Source of the DNA: an uncultured Bacteroidota bacterium
GTDB lineage: Bacteria; Bacteroidota; Bacteroidia; Bacteroidales; P3
Length of the DNA: 64,000 nucleotides
Assembly (NCBI GenBank): GCA_902775135.1
Contig: CACYKY010000007.1
Location: 56,751-120,750 of the forward strand
Direction of reading: 5' to 3'
Shown: positions 28,545 through 38,123 of the stretch, one piece after another
How the letters are laid out: every line of letters starts with the position of its first letter
How positions within the stretch are numbered: the stretch's first letter is position 1
The notes under the pieces: model-generated
Database searches by the model: none
The model's input: the letters and a program-made list of their open reading frames with translations, nothing else
Told to the model about the DNA's origin: nothing
Made by a program: the position numbers and the translations under genes

Positions 28545-29546
28545 TTAGTCGCCCAAAGTGGCAACCATGACGGCCTTGATGGTGTGCATGCGGTTCTCAG
28601 CCTCGTCGAAGACAATGCTGTTCTCGCTCTCGAAGACCTCCTCGGTGACCTCGATGCCGTTCAGGCCGAATTTCTCGTTCACGTCGCGGCCGGCTTTGGT
28701 CTCCAGGTTGTGGTAGGCGGGCAGGCAGTGCATGAATTTGCACTTGGGGTTGCCGGTCTTCTTCATCAGGGCAGCGTTGACCTGATAGGGCATCAGCATC
28801 TTGATGCGCTCTTTCCACACGCTGTCGGGTTCGCCCATCGACACCCAAATGTCGGTGTAGATGAAGTCGAGACCCTTCACGCCCTTCTCCACGTCGTCGG
28901 TGACGGTGAGCTTGGCGCCGGTCTCTTTGGCAATCTCCTGGCACTTCTTGACGAGATCTTTGGCAGGTTGCAGTTTCTTGGGGGCGATGATGCGGATGTC
29001 CATACCCATCTTCACGCCGCCGACCATCAGGCTGTTACCCATGTTGTAGCGGGCATCGCCGATATAGGCGAACTTCACCTGGTTGAGGGGCTTGTCGGTG
29101 TGTTCCTGGATGGTCAGGAAGTCGGCCAGAATCTGGGTGGGGTGAGCCTCAGCGGTAAGACCGTTCCACACGGGGACGCCAGCGTATTTGGCCAGCTCTT
29201 CGACGGTGGCCTGGTCGAAACCACGATACTCGATGCCATCGAACATGCGACCCAGCACGCGGGCGGTGTCCTTCATGCTCTCCTTGATGCCGATCTGGCT
29301 GCCGGTGGGACCGAGATAGGTCACGTGGGCACCCTGGTCGTGGGCACCAACCTCAAAGGCGCAGCGGGTGCGGGTCGAGGTCTTCTCGAAAATCAGGGCA
29401 ATGTTCTTACCCTTCAGACGGGGTTGCTCGCAGCCGGCATATTTGGCGCGCTTCAGGTCGCGGGCCAGGTCAAGCAGATAGTTAAGCTCCTTCGGCGAAA
29501 AGTCGAGGATTTTCAAAAAGTTGCGGTTTCTTAAATTGTAAGCCAT
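28545..29546 (-). CDS. argF: ornithine carbamoyltransferase (canonical type)
   Basis: 333 aa. Motifs [17 protein letters not shown] and FMHCLPAYH. Confidence 0.92.
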   Translation of the reverse strand: MAYNLRNRNFLKILDFSPKELNYLLDLARDLKRAKYAGCEQPRLKGKNIALIFEKTSTRTRCAFEVGAHDQGAHVTYLGPTGSQIGIKESMKDTARVLGRMFDGIEYRGFDQATVEELAKYAGVPVWNGLTAEAHPTQILADFLTIQEHTDKPLNQVKFAYIGDARYNMGNSLMVGGVKMGMDIRIIAPKKLQPAKDLVKKCQEIAKETGAKLTVTDDVEKGVKGLDFIYTDIWVSMGEPDSVWKERIKMLMPYQVNAALMKKTGNPKCKFMHCLPAYHNLETKAGRDVNEKFGLNGIEVTEEVFESENSIVFDEAENRMHTIKAVMVATLGD

Positions 29547-29548
29547 GG

Positions 29549-29581
29549 TAATTATTGTTTAATTGTTTAATTGTTTGATTG
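29549..29581. repeat. octamer tandem array GTTTAATT (about 4 units)
   Basis: Read directly. Abuts the argF start codon. Confidence 0.85.
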
Positions 29582-29636
29582 CTTTTTTATTTCTAAGCTA
29601 TTATAGGCAATATATGATTCCCTAGGATGTCCTAGG

Positions 29637-30572
29637 CTATCTGACTATGCGGGTGCCACAGTTGGGGTTGTCCAACTGGCCGGCCTCTGTGATGATGCAC
29701 TCCTTGCCGCCATGCTCGACGAACATGATGGCGGCGCGCACCTTCGGTGCCATGCTGCCTTCTGCAAACTGGCCCTCTTCGAGGTACTTCTTGGCTTGGG
29801 CAATGGTGATGGTGTCCAGTGCCTGCTCGTTCTCCTTGCGGAAGTTGATGTAGACTTTGGGCACATCGGTGAGGATGTAGAACTCGTCGGCCCCAATTTC
29901 GACAGCGCAGAGGGCGCTGGCAAGGTCCTTGTCGATAACAGCCTCGACACCGCGCACATAGTCGCTCTCCTCCACCACGGGAATACCGCCACCACCAACG
30001 GTGACAACGATATTGCCGGCAGTGGCCAGTTGTTTCACAATCTTGATATTGTTGATGCGCACCGGCTTCGGCGATGCAACAACCTTACGCCATCCGTTAC
30101 CCTTGGGGTCTTCCTTGTATTTGGCGCCGGTCTCCTTGGCGAACTCCTCGGCCTGCTCCTTGGTGTAGTAGGGACCCACCGGCTTGGTGGGGTTCTGGAA
30201 CATGGGATCGAGCTTGTTGACAGCCACCTGGGTGACGAGGGTCACCACGTCGCGCTGGATATCATTGCGAGCCATCACATTGCGCAGCCCCATTTCTATC
30301 AGATAGGCGATGGAGCCCTGAGTCTCGGCCACACAAAAATCCATGGGCATTGCCTCAACACCCGCCAACTTGCCGGCCTCGTGCTGCAACATCACATTGC
30401 CAACCTGGGGACCATTGCCGTGACCAATCACCACATTGTAATTGCGTTTAAGCAGAGCGCACAGACTTTCACATGTATTCTCAACATTCTCTATCTGCTC
30501 CCTATAGGTGCCTTTCTGTCCACTCCTTAGGAGGGCATTTCCTCCAAAAGCGACAACCGCTAATTTTCTCAT
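29637..30572 (-). CDS. arcC: carbamate kinase
   Basis: Start at MRKLAVVAFGGNALL. HGNGPQVG motif. The track ORF has a 15-codon upstream extension. Confidence 0.92.
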   Translation of the reverse strand: MRKLAVVAFGGNALLRSGQKGTYREQIENVENTCESLCALLKRNYNVVIGHGNGPQVGNVMLQHEAGKLAGVEAMPMDFCVAETQGSIAYLIEMGLRNVMARNDIQRDVVTLVTQVAVNKLDPMFQNPTKPVGPYYTKEQAEEFAKETGAKYKEDPKGNGWRKVVASPKPVRINNIKIVKQLATAGNIVVTVGGGGIPVVEESDYVRGVEAVIDKDLASALCAVEIGADEFYILTDVPKVYINFRKENEQALDTITIAQAKKYLEEGQFAEGSMAPKVRAAIMFVEHGGKECIITEAGQLDNPNCGTRIVR

Positions 30573-30633
30573 TCTTATTCTAAGTTCTTTGTATTCAACA
30601 ATATGATTACTTCCCACTCAAAATGGGGAAATG

Positions 30634-30641
30634 CAAATGTA
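30634..30641 (-). promoter_or_regulatory. Bacteroidota -7 promoter box for arcC-argF
   Basis: The minus strand reads TACATTTG, 62 nt upstream of ATG 30572. Confidence 0.45.
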
Positions 30642-30695
30642 CGAAAAAAAAACAACATGACAAAAAAAACGTCATTTTCAATGCATTATTTAAAA

Positions 30696-31580
30696 TCAAA
30701 GCCTCTCGAGGAATGTCCTGATAAGGGTCAGGAACCGTGTGTAGTTCCCCAATCCACATCCTTCGCATGTGTCTGTGGGACTGTGGTATCCGCCATAAGG
30801 GCCGCCTAGCGTGTAGATAAAAATGGCCGGACAGAGCTGGCTGAGGTAGTAGTGGTCGCTGTTGGCGGCATTGTCGCGACGTCCAATCTTGGCAGCATAG
30901 CCCCGTTCTTCGTTGATGCGCTGCAGCATGTCGACATAAGGTGCTGTCTCTCGGGCATTGGCATTGACTACCATCAACCCCTCGTCGCCACCACAGAAAA
31001 GGTCGATGTTTATCAACAGCTTGACCTTGTTCATCTTGATTAATGGCATATCTGCAAAGTATCCGCTTCCAATCAGTCCCGACTCTTCGCCTCCGAAGAA
31101 AAGGAACACATACGTGTAGTGCCGTCCTTCCTGCTGCGCTGTCATGCGTGCCAAATCGAGGACAGCCGCTGTGCCGCTCGCATTGTCGTGCGCCCCGAAG
31201 AAGATGGTGTCGCCATGCATGCCCAGGTGCTCGTAGTGGGCCGTGAAGACAATCATGGAATCCGTCTCGCCGGGGATGTATCCGCAGACGTTCTGTGAAC
31301 GGTAGCCCGCCTTGACGATGGGCGGCCGCGTGGTGGTGTTCGGAAAACGGAAATACTGGTAATAGTCTTTGGTCAACGGACGGACACCGAGGCGCTTGAG
31401 CTCGGTGCGCAAATAGTTGGCGGCGATGGAGTCTCCCCTATTCTGCATTCCCCGACCATACATTTCGGGCGAGGTCAGGTCGCGAATGATGCGACGGGCA
31501 TAGGCGCTGTCCTGAGCATGCAGGGTGGACAGCGAAAGTAAGAGACCTACGAGGGTCAGAATCCGGGCAAATCGAGCCAT
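30696..31580 (-). CDS. M28 family metallopeptidase (aminopeptidase-like)
   Basis: Start at MARFARILTLVGLLLSLSTLHAQ (signal peptide). FTAHYEHLG, GAHDNASGTAAVLDLAR and FFGGEESGLIGS are zinc-ligand motifs. Confidence 0.8.
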   Translation of the reverse strand: MARFARILTLVGLLLSLSTLHAQDSAYARRIIRDLTSPEMYGRGMQNRGDSIAANYLRTELKRLGVRPLTKDYYQYFRFPNTTTRPPIVKAGYRSQNVCGYIPGETDSMIVFTAHYEHLGMHGDTIFFGAHDNASGTAAVLDLARMTAQQEGRHYTYVFLFFGGEESGLIGSGYFADMPLIKMNKVKLLINIDLFCGGDEGLMVVNANARETAPYVDMLQRINEERGYAAKIGRRDNAANSDHYYLSQLCPAIFIYTLGGPYGGYHSPTDTCEGCGLGNYTRFLTLIRTFLERL

Positions 31581-32974
31581 AAGGTGGGGAGCATTAAGAT
31601 GAAACCAATAACAATGAGGGCGAGGATGAATTTCCACACCCATTTCAGCCACGTGCCGTAGGGGATGCGGGCCATTCCGAGGACACCTATCAGCACACCG
31701 CTGGTGGGTGTCAGCATGTTGGTGAATCCGTCGCCGAACTGGAAGGCCAGCACCGTGGTCTGGCGCGACACATCGATGAGGTCGGCAAACTGGGCCATGA
31801 TGGGCATGGTGAGGGCGGCTTTGGCCGACCCGCTGGGCATCACCACATTGAGCAATGTCTGAAACACATACATGGCTCCCAGCGAGGCCACCTCTCCCAT
31901 CTGCGCCAGCGACCGTGTCAATCCGTAGAGAATGGTGTCTATGACCCGCCCGTCTTTCAATATGAAGATGATGCCGCTGGCCAATCCCACCACCAGCGCT
32001 GCCGACAGGATGTCTTTGCAGCCAGCAAGGAAGAGTTTGGCGATATCGTCGGCTCCCTGACGGTCGAGTATTCCCGCCACGATGCCCATGGCCAGGAATA
32101 GCGCCGATATTTCTGCTATATACCAGCCGAACTTCAGCACACCTACCACAAGTGCCACTATGGTGAACAGGAACAGCAGAAGGATGAGCTTCTGGCGAAT
32201 GCTGAGACGGCTCTCTTCCGACGTCTGCATGCGCGAGCGCCAGTAGTCATCCAGTTTGTATACAGGACTGCTCTCCGGCTTGTTTTTCACTCGCCGTGCA
32301 TACCACAGCACAAAGGCTATGCCGATGAGGGTCAGCACCACCCAGCAGACGAGACGATACTCCAACCCCGAAAACAACGGCAGGTCGGCTATCCCCTGGG
32401 CAATACCTATGGTGAAAGGATTGAGCATGGCTCCCGCAAACCCCACATGGGCAGCCACATAGCACATGCACACTCCCACAATGGAGTCGTACCCCATCTG
32501 TATGGCCAGCGGGATGAATACCACCACAAAGGCTATGGTCTCTTCGCTCATCCCAAAGACGGCACCAAAGAGGCTGAAGAGCAACATCACCATCGTAATG
32601 ATGATATTCTCCACACCCAGCTTGCGAACCACCTTGTATCGGCTCAACCGCCTGACACCGCGAAGGAACGCCATTACACCCACATCGATGGCGTGACTGT
32701 TGTTCAGTATCCAGAACGCTCCGCCTACCATCAGGATGAACACGATGATGTCGGCCTTGTCGACAAAGCCATTGAAGAGGGCGGAAAACACCTGCCACGT
32801 CTGCGGCGAACGCTCAATGTAGTGGAACGAATTGTTCACCACCACTTCGCGCGTAGTACCGTCCACACTGATGCTCTCGCGCAAAAACTCGCCCGCAGGC
32901 ACTATCCATGTGAGTATCGCGGCAAAGACAATCAGTCCAAAGACAATAGTGAATGTATGCGGTATCCGTTTCAC
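31556..32974 (-). CDS. YfcC / DcuC-fold (ArcD-like) putative basic amino acid antiporter
   Basis: 472 aa, polytopic. The N-terminus MKRIPHTFTIVFGLIVFAAILTWIVPAGEF is typical of the YfcC family. Confidence 0.75.
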   Translation of the reverse strand: MKRIPHTFTIVFGLIVFAAILTWIVPAGEFLRESISVDGTTREVVVNNSFHYIERSPQTWQVFSALFNGFVDKADIIVFILMVGGAFWILNNSHAIDVGVMAFLRGVRRLSRYKVVRKLGVENIIITMVMLLFSLFGAVFGMSEETIAFVVVFIPLAIQMGYDSIVGVCMCYVAAHVGFAGAMLNPFTIGIAQGIADLPLFSGLEYRLVCWVVLTLIGIAFVLWYARRVKNKPESSPVYKLDDYWRSRMQTSEESRLSIRQKLILLLFLFTIVALVVGVLKFGWYIAEISALFLAMGIVAGILDRQGADDIAKLFLAGCKDILSAALVVGLASGIIFILKDGRVIDTILYGLTRSLAQMGEVASLGAMYVFQTLLNVVMPSGSAKAALTMPIMAQFADLIDVSRQTTVLAFQFGDGFTNMLTPTSGVLIGVLGMARIPYGTWLKWVWKFILALIVIGFILMLPTLWLDLPGF

Positions 32975-32998
32975 TTCTCAGTTCCCAATTATGGATTC

Positions 32999-33490
32999 TC
33001 AATTTCTCAAACTGGCCAAATAGCTGTTTCTATATCGCGGGTCAGCACTAACCTCTTCTCCAAACCATTCAGGAGCCACAAACGCTTCGGCAGCTTCGGG
33101 CGAGGGAAACTCCACCTCGACCAGGCGCAGGCCTTCGTGGACACCGTGGAAGATGTCGAGTTCGGCTATTTGGGTGGTGTATAGTCCGTCGGCCTCGCTG
33201 CGTCGCAGGTCGATGCGATAGCGCGTCTTGCACACAAGGTGTCCCTCGCACTTCGCTCGCAACAGATGATACCCCTCGTCCGATAATGCAAACTCTTCTT
33301 CGCGGTTCACTATGGCCGTAGTGGCCCCATCGCGCATCTTCTCCTTAACCGTGAGGATATAGTCATCGCCCATCCTGCGGACACGCAGGGTGGGCGATGT
33401 GCAAAGGTATCCTTGTTCTATCTCTACATGAGGATAGCTCTCCAAATCATTTGGAAGCGAGCGAACAAGGTATTTCCTCTCTATCTCCAT
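32999..33490 (-). CDS. CYTH-domain protein (triphosphate tunnel metalloenzyme)
   Basis: 163 aa. N-terminal EIERKYLV (ExExK) motif. Confidence 0.8.
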   Translation of the reverse strand: MEIERKYLVRSLPNDLESYPHVEIEQGYLCTSPTLRVRRMGDDYILTVKEKMRDGATTAIVNREEEFALSDEGYHLLRAKCEGHLVCKTRYRIDLRRSEADGLYTTQIAELDIFHGVHEGLRLVEVEFPSPEAAEAFVAPEWFGEEVSADPRYRNSYLASLRN

Positions 33491-34437
33491 CAGAGGGTTT
33501 TCAAATAGTCGGTGACATTCTTCTCGATACGGGCGGCCACATCGGGGCAGTCGTCTGCCTTCTGGAATTTCTCTCCGGTAATATGCTCATAGAGTTCAAT
33601 GTAGCGGTCGCTGATGCTGTTCACTATCTCCTCGGTCATCTCGGGAACCTTCTGTCCCTCTTTGCCCTGGAACCCGTTGTCCATCAGCCACTCGCGAACA
33701 AATTCCTTGCTCAGCTGGCGCTGGTGCTCGCCCTTCTTCAGGCGCTCCTCGTAGCCGTCGGCATAGAAATAGCGGCTGCTGTCGGGGGTGTGGATCTCGT
33801 CGATGAGGTAGATTTTGCCGTCACGCTTGCCAAACTCATATTTGGTGTCAACCAGGATGAGGCCCTTCTCTGCGGCTATCTTGGTGCCACGCTCGAAGAG
33901 CTGCAGGGCGTAGCGTTCCAACTGGTCGTAGTCCTCCTTGCTGACCAATCCCGTGCGGATAATCTCTTCGCGGCTGATGTTCTCGTCGTGACCCTCGTCG
34001 GCTTTGGTGGTGGGGGTGACTATGGGCGTGGGGAACTTCTGGTTCTCTACCATCCCCTCGGGCAGCTGTACTCCACAGAGCGTGCGTGCACCGGCCTTGT
34101 ATTCGCGCCAAGCGCTGCCGGCCAGATAGCCTCGGACTATCATCTCCACTCGGAAACCTTCACACTTCAGGCCCACGGTGACCATCGGGTCGGGCGTTGC
34201 CAGCTTCCAGTTGGGCAGGATGTCGGCAGTGGCATCCAGAAATTTCGCGGCAATCTGGTTCAGCACCTGTCCTTTATAGGGAATACCCTTGGGCAGCACC
34301 ACGTCGAAGGCCGAAATACGGTCGCTCACAACCATGGCCATATACTTGTCGTCGATGTTGTACACATCGCGCACCTTGCCCACATACAGACTTTTCTGTT
34401 TGGGAAAACTAAAGTTGGTTCTTACTACTGCTTTCAT
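33490..34437 (-). CDS. purC: phosphoribosylaminoimidazole-succinocarboxamide (SAICAR) synthase
   Basis: Start at ATG 34437 (MKAVVRTNF). The track start 34461 is a TTG inside the heptamer array. YVGKVRDVY and VSDRISAFD motifs. Confidence 0.92.
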   Translation of the reverse strand: MKAVVRTNFSFPKQKSLYVGKVRDVYNIDDKYMAMVVSDRISAFDVVLPKGIPYKGQVLNQIAAKFLDATADILPNWKLATPDPMVTVGLKCEGFRVEMIVRGYLAGSAWREYKAGARTLCGVQLPEGMVENQKFPTPIVTPTTKADEGHDENISREEIIRTGLVSKEDYDQLERYALQLFERGTKIAAEKGLILVDTKYEFGKRDGKIYLIDEIHTPDSSRYFYADGYEERLKKGEHQRQLSKEFVREWLMDNGFQGKEGQKVPEMTEEIVNSISDRYIELYEHITGEKFQKADDCPDVAARIEKNVTDYLKTL

Positions 34438-34451
34438 ATTTTGAAACTTTT

Positions 34452-34535
34452 CAATTTTCAATTTTCAATTTTCAATTCTCAATTTTCAATTTTCAATTCT
34501 CAATTCTCAATTCTCAATTCTCAATTTTCATTGCG
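34452..34535. repeat. heptamer tandem array CAATTTT/CAATTCT (about 11 units)
   Basis: Read directly. Fills the rsmD-purC spacer and contains the last 5 codons plus the stop of rsmD. Confidence 0.95.
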
Positions 34536-35059
34536 AAAAAACTGAAGTTCACCTTGCCGTAGTTCCTGTGTTGCCAAAAACGCGGATGCTCCTCAAAGCT
34601 GTATTCCCTCGGATGTTCAAGTATAAAAATCCCATCCTCGCTGAGCACCTCGCGTTCGAAGACCAAGTCCGGCAATGTCGACAGCCCGTCCAGCGAGTAG
34701 GGCGGATCGGCAAACACTATGTCAAATTTCCTGTTGGCTCTCTTCAGCAGGTCGAACACATCGGCCCGCACCACATGCAGATTGCTCAGGTCCAGCCGTC
34801 GGGCCTCGCTCTTGATGTACTCGGTGCAGGCATTGTTGATGTCTATTGCCGTCACCTCCTTGGCGCCACGCGATACAAACTCAATGGCGACAGCCCCCGT
34901 ACCCGAAAACAGATCCATCACCGAGCACTCCTCATAGTCCACATAGTTGTTCAGGATATTGAAGAGGCTCTCGCGCGCCATATCGGTGGTGGGCCGCACG
35001 GGGAGGTTGGCTGGCGGATTCAGACGCCGCCCTTTCAGTGTTCCAGCTATAATACGCAT
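34514..35059 (-). CDS. rsmD: 16S rRNA (guanine966-N2)-methyltransferase
   Basis: 181 aa. MRIIAGTLKGRRL, DLFSGTGAVAIEFVSRG and FADPPY motifs. Confidence 0.9.
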   Translation of the reverse strand: MRIIAGTLKGRRLNPPANLPVRPTTDMARESLFNILNNYVDYEECSVMDLFSGTGAVAIEFVSRGAKEVTAIDINNACTEYIKSEARRLDLSNLHVVRADVFDLLKRANRKFDIVFADPPYSLDGLSTLPDLVFEREVLSEDGIFILEHPREYSFEEHPRFWQHRNYGKVNFSFFAMKIEN

Positions 35060-35069
35060 TTTTTGACTA

Positions 35070-35107
35070 AACTACTGCCTACTTAACTACTGCCTACTTA
35101 ACTACTG
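35070..35107. repeat. 15-bp tandem repeat AACTACTGCCTACTT (2.5 units)
   Basis: Read directly. Fills the spacer between the DUF3822 stop and the rsmD start. Its complement (AGGCAGTAGTTAAGT) resembles the array at 57371-57405. Confidence 0.9.
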
Positions 35108-35923
35108 TTACAATATCAAAGCGTTACGATAGGTGTGCAATGTCTTGAAGGCCGGGTTTCCAAAACCCGTATGCGTGCCCGTATAGAGCGTAGCCTGCGG
35201 GAAATAGGGCCGCAGCAACGCAAAGCGTTCCCTGCCCACCTCGCCGCACATCAGCAATTCCGTCCCGCTGTTCTCCAGTCCGAAACTCTTCAGCACCTCC
35301 ACCGTATGGAACTGCGCCTCGCTCTCTGAGGCGTATCTCACAGTATTGCCATAGATATAGCGTCCGTCGCGGAATGCCGCGAAATCAATCGCACCATCGC
35401 GCCAATGCGTCAGTAGCAGCGGATGCTCCTGGCTGCGTCGCTCCAGTCCAAGCGATGCCAGCTTCACATGCTGGTTCATCACCGCCAATCCCGGCAACGC
35501 CACCTTGAACCCCATCGCAATTGCTTCGTTGTAGGCGTACACGGCCGTGGCCCCCAGCGCCTTGCATGGTGTGGCCATAAGGTCTGTGCCTTTGCCTCCC
35601 ACAAGCTTCAGGTACTCTCGATGGGCCGTCGGCGTATACAGGTCGTCGGGCACCCACACGCTCTCCTCACTCAGCACCACCAGCTCCATCTTCGCATACC
35701 CCAGCGGACGCACCCCCACCTCAGAGAAGAAAGCCTTCACATTGGCCATCTGGGCCGTCATGGTGGACGCATGCTCTCCTTCGGCTTCACCGTAGGTCAG
35801 CAGCACTCCCGAGGAGGTCACTTCCGAAAAAGAAAATCCATTTGGCCGAAGGCAAATGGATAATCTTTTTTCGCTGGAAGGGGTCTCTCTCTCGGTTTCT
35901 ATGAGACTCTTGCAGCGATACAT
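35108..35923 (-). CDS. DUF3822 family protein
   Basis: 271 aa. LSICLRPNGFSFSEV N-terminal motif and the conserved Bacteroidota position upstream of rsmD. Confidence 0.7.
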   Translation of the reverse strand: MYRCKSLIETERETPSSEKRLSICLRPNGFSFSEVTSSGVLLTYGEAEGEHASTMTAQMANVKAFFSEVGVRPLGYAKMELVVLSEESVWVPDDLYTPTAHREYLKLVGGKGTDLMATPCKALGATAVYAYNEAIAMGFKVALPGLAVMNQHVKLASLGLERRSQEHPLLLTHWRDGAIDFAAFRDGRYIYGNTVRYASESEAQFHTVEVLKSFGLENSGTELLMCGEVGRERFALLRPYFPQATLYTGTHTGFGNPAFKTLHTYRNALIL

Positions 35924-35932
35924 ATCTTTTCT

Positions 35933-36634
35933 TTATTCAAAGTTACCATCGGTGACGGCCTGGGTCATATCGCCAACCTTCCAGCCGGCATAGCGGTCCT
36001 TCACTTCGTGAATCTCGGCAATCTTGTTCACAACAAGCTGCTCGTCCAGATCCTTCAGCAGCACCTCCATGTCCACCTTGCACTCGAACACGGGCACCAT
36101 GAAGCCGCTCTTCTCCAGCATGCCGGCGGCAAGCTGGAACTCGTTCTTCTCGCCCTTGGGATAGGGAACATAGCGCAGATTGCGGATCTCCTCGTCGGTC
36201 AGCTGGCGCGTCTTGCCGCTCACAGCGTCCACAATGGGGAGCTTCTTGTCCTCGCGCAGCTTGGCAATGGGATTCACCAGAACTTCCACACGGGTAATCC
36301 AGCCGTTCTTCACAGCCTCGTTCTCGGGGACCTCGTTGATATCCACGTCGGCGGGAATCATGGCGCGATTGATCTGCTTGCTCACAACCTTCATGCTGTC
36401 CTCGGTCATCAGACGTGTGATCAGGGTGTCGAAACTGCCACAGTAGGCACCGTATGTCAGCTTGTAGGCCTCTTCCAAGGTACGGATGCTCTTCAGCTTC
36501 TCCGCGCAGGCGTTGCGACGCTTGGTGTACTCGTCGTCGAAGCGCATCGGCTTCTGGATGCTGTTGTAAACCAGATAGGCCAGGCCCACAATGGCCACAG
36601 CCAGCACAATTTGAATGATAGTTTTAACTTTCAT
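35933..36634 (-). CDS. hypothetical membrane-anchored protein
   Basis: Start at MKVKTIIQIVLAVAIVGLAYLVY (single N-terminal TM). The track ORF has a 21-codon extension. Confidence 0.7.
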   Translation of the reverse strand: MKVKTIIQIVLAVAIVGLAYLVYNSIQKPMRFDDEYTKRRNACAEKLKSIRTLEEAYKLTYGAYCGSFDTLITRLMTEDSMKVVSKQINRAMIPADVDINEVPENEAVKNGWITRVEVLVNPIAKLREDKKLPIVDAVSGKTRQLTDEEIRNLRYVPYPKGEKNEFQLAAGMLEKSGFMVPVFECKVDMEVLLKDLDEQLVVNKIAEIHEVKDRYAGWKVGDMTQAVTDGNFE

Positions 36635-36674
36635 ATTGATAATTCCTTTTTTGTTTACACTATAAAATCGGGTG

Positions 36675-36682
36675 CAAAGATA
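36675..36682 (-). promoter_or_regulatory. Bacteroidota -7 promoter box
   Basis: The minus strand reads TATCTTTG, 41 nt upstream of ATG 36634. Confidence 0.55.
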
Positions 36683-36864
36683 CGAATAAAATGGCAAATA
36701 ACACGCATAAAATTTTCATTATTTTTTCTCTCACACCTCCAACCTCGCGCAAACCAATATCAATCAACCATTTGTCACAAAACCATTTTTTTTCATTCCA
36801 CCACCTCTTTCATTACCTATTCTCCAATCACCGACCACTAATCACTCATTTCAATATTTAATTC

Positions 36865-37341
36865 TCAATCGCCAGCCGCCAATCTTTCGACTTTTGTCCA
36901 GTAGACGGTTTCGCTGATACCCCAAAGAGATCCTTTCAGGGCGAGGCGGCCGTCGGCGGTGAACCATACGACGAGCTTGGCGCGGATGCCGCGCTGGGGG
37001 TCGTAGATTTTTGTATCGTCCCAGCGTTGCTTCTCGGCGTTGTATTTCAGGCCCGAGAAGAGGACGATACGGTCGGCAGGGGTGTTGCGCAGGCTTTTGT
37101 CGGGGTTCTTGGCATCGAGAATTTTGTTTCCCTTGGCGTCGCGGTCGTGCTCGAGCCAGGAGACCTGAGCACGGTAGGTGCCGTTGGTGAGTTTGACGAT
37201 GCGGGCGCGAAAGCGGTCGTTGCCCTGCATTCCGGCATACGTGCCGACAATGTTGTCGGCACGTCCGTTGAGTGTGTTCTGCGCCATAGCAGGGAGACTG
37301 ATTCCCAGCAGTAGGGCGACAAGCCAAAATAGATGTTTCAT
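36865..37341 (-). CDS. DUF2147 domain protein (secreted)
   Basis: 158 aa. Signal peptide, GTY..Q.....R..IVK..NGTY.AQV.WL and IYDPQRG motifs. Confidence 0.75.
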   Translation of the reverse strand: MKHLFWLVALLLGISLPAMAQNTLNGRADNIVGTYAGMQGNDRFRARIVKLTNGTYRAQVSWLEHDRDAKGNKILDAKNPDKSLRNTPADRIVLFSGLKYNAEKQRWDDTKIYDPQRGIRAKLVVWFTADGRLALKGSLWGISETVYWTKVERLAAGD

Positions 37342-37343
37342 CG

Positions 37344-37381
37344 GGATCAGGCCATATTATTCGTGGATCAGGCCATATTAT
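37344..37381. repeat. 17-bp direct duplication GGATCAGGCCATATTAT (period 21)
   Basis: Copies at 37344-37360 and 37365-37381. The second copy contains the last four codons and the stop of the YebC gene. Confidence 0.9.
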
Positions 37382-38078
37382 GGAATACGTTGACCACGTC
37401 GTCGTCGTTTTCGAGACGCTCGATGAGGCCGTTGACGTCCTCCTGCTCTTCGGGGCTGAGTTCGCGGAGGGTCAGGGGGATGCGCTCGAACTTGAAGGAC
37501 TTGATCTCAAGCCCCTTGTCCTCGAGGAATTTGGAGATGGGGCCATAGTTGGCGAAGTCGGCATAGATGAGTATCTCGTCCTCGTCGCGGAAGACCTCGT
37601 CGATGTCGCAGTCGATGAGTTCGAGTTCGAGCTCGTCCATGTCGATGCCGTCCTGCCAGGCGACGACGAAGGAGCACTTGCGCTCGAAGAGGAAGTCGTT
37701 CATGCCCATGGTGCCGAGTTCGCCCTTACCGCGGACGAAGGCCGCGCGGAGGTTGGCGACGGTGCGTGTGGGGTTGTCGGTGGCGGTCTCCACGACCACG
37801 GCTACGCCGTGGGGGCCTTTGCCGTCGTAGACCACCTCTTTGTAGGCCGACTTGTCCTTCTCGGTGGCGCGCTTGATGGCGCGTTCGACGTTTTCCTTGG
37901 GCATGGACTCGCTCTTGGCGGTCTGCATGAGCAGGCGGAGGCGGAGGTTGGAAGAGGGGTCGGGGCCGCCGGCGATGACGGCGAGCTCGATTTCCTTGCC
38001 GATTTTGGTAAAGGTGCGGGCCATGTGGCCCCAACGTTTCAGTTTTCTTGCTTTGCGATATTCAAATGCGCGACCCAT
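37368..38078 (-). CDS. yebC: YebC/PmpR family DNA-binding transcriptional regulator
   Basis: 236 aa. N-terminus MGRAFEYRKARKLKRW. Confidence 0.9.
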   Translation of the reverse strand: MGRAFEYRKARKLKRWGHMARTFTKIGKEIELAVIAGGPDPSSNLRLRLLMQTAKSESMPKENVERAIKRATEKDKSAYKEVVYDGKGPHGVAVVVETATDNPTRTVANLRAAFVRGKGELGTMGMNDFLFERKCSFVVAWQDGIDMDELELELIDCDIDEVFRDEDEILIYADFANYGPISKFLEDKGLEIKSFKFERIPLTLRELSPEEQEDVNGLIERLENDDDVVNVFHNMA

Positions 38079-38081
38079 AGT

Positions 38082-38117
38082 AAATTGAAAATTTAAAATT
38101 GAAAATTGAAAATTAAA
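38082..38117. repeat. heptamer tandem array AATTGAA/AATTTAA (5 units)
   Basis: Read directly. Fills the spacer between the SulP stop and the YebC start. Confidence 0.9.
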
Positions 38118-38123
38118 GTGTCA

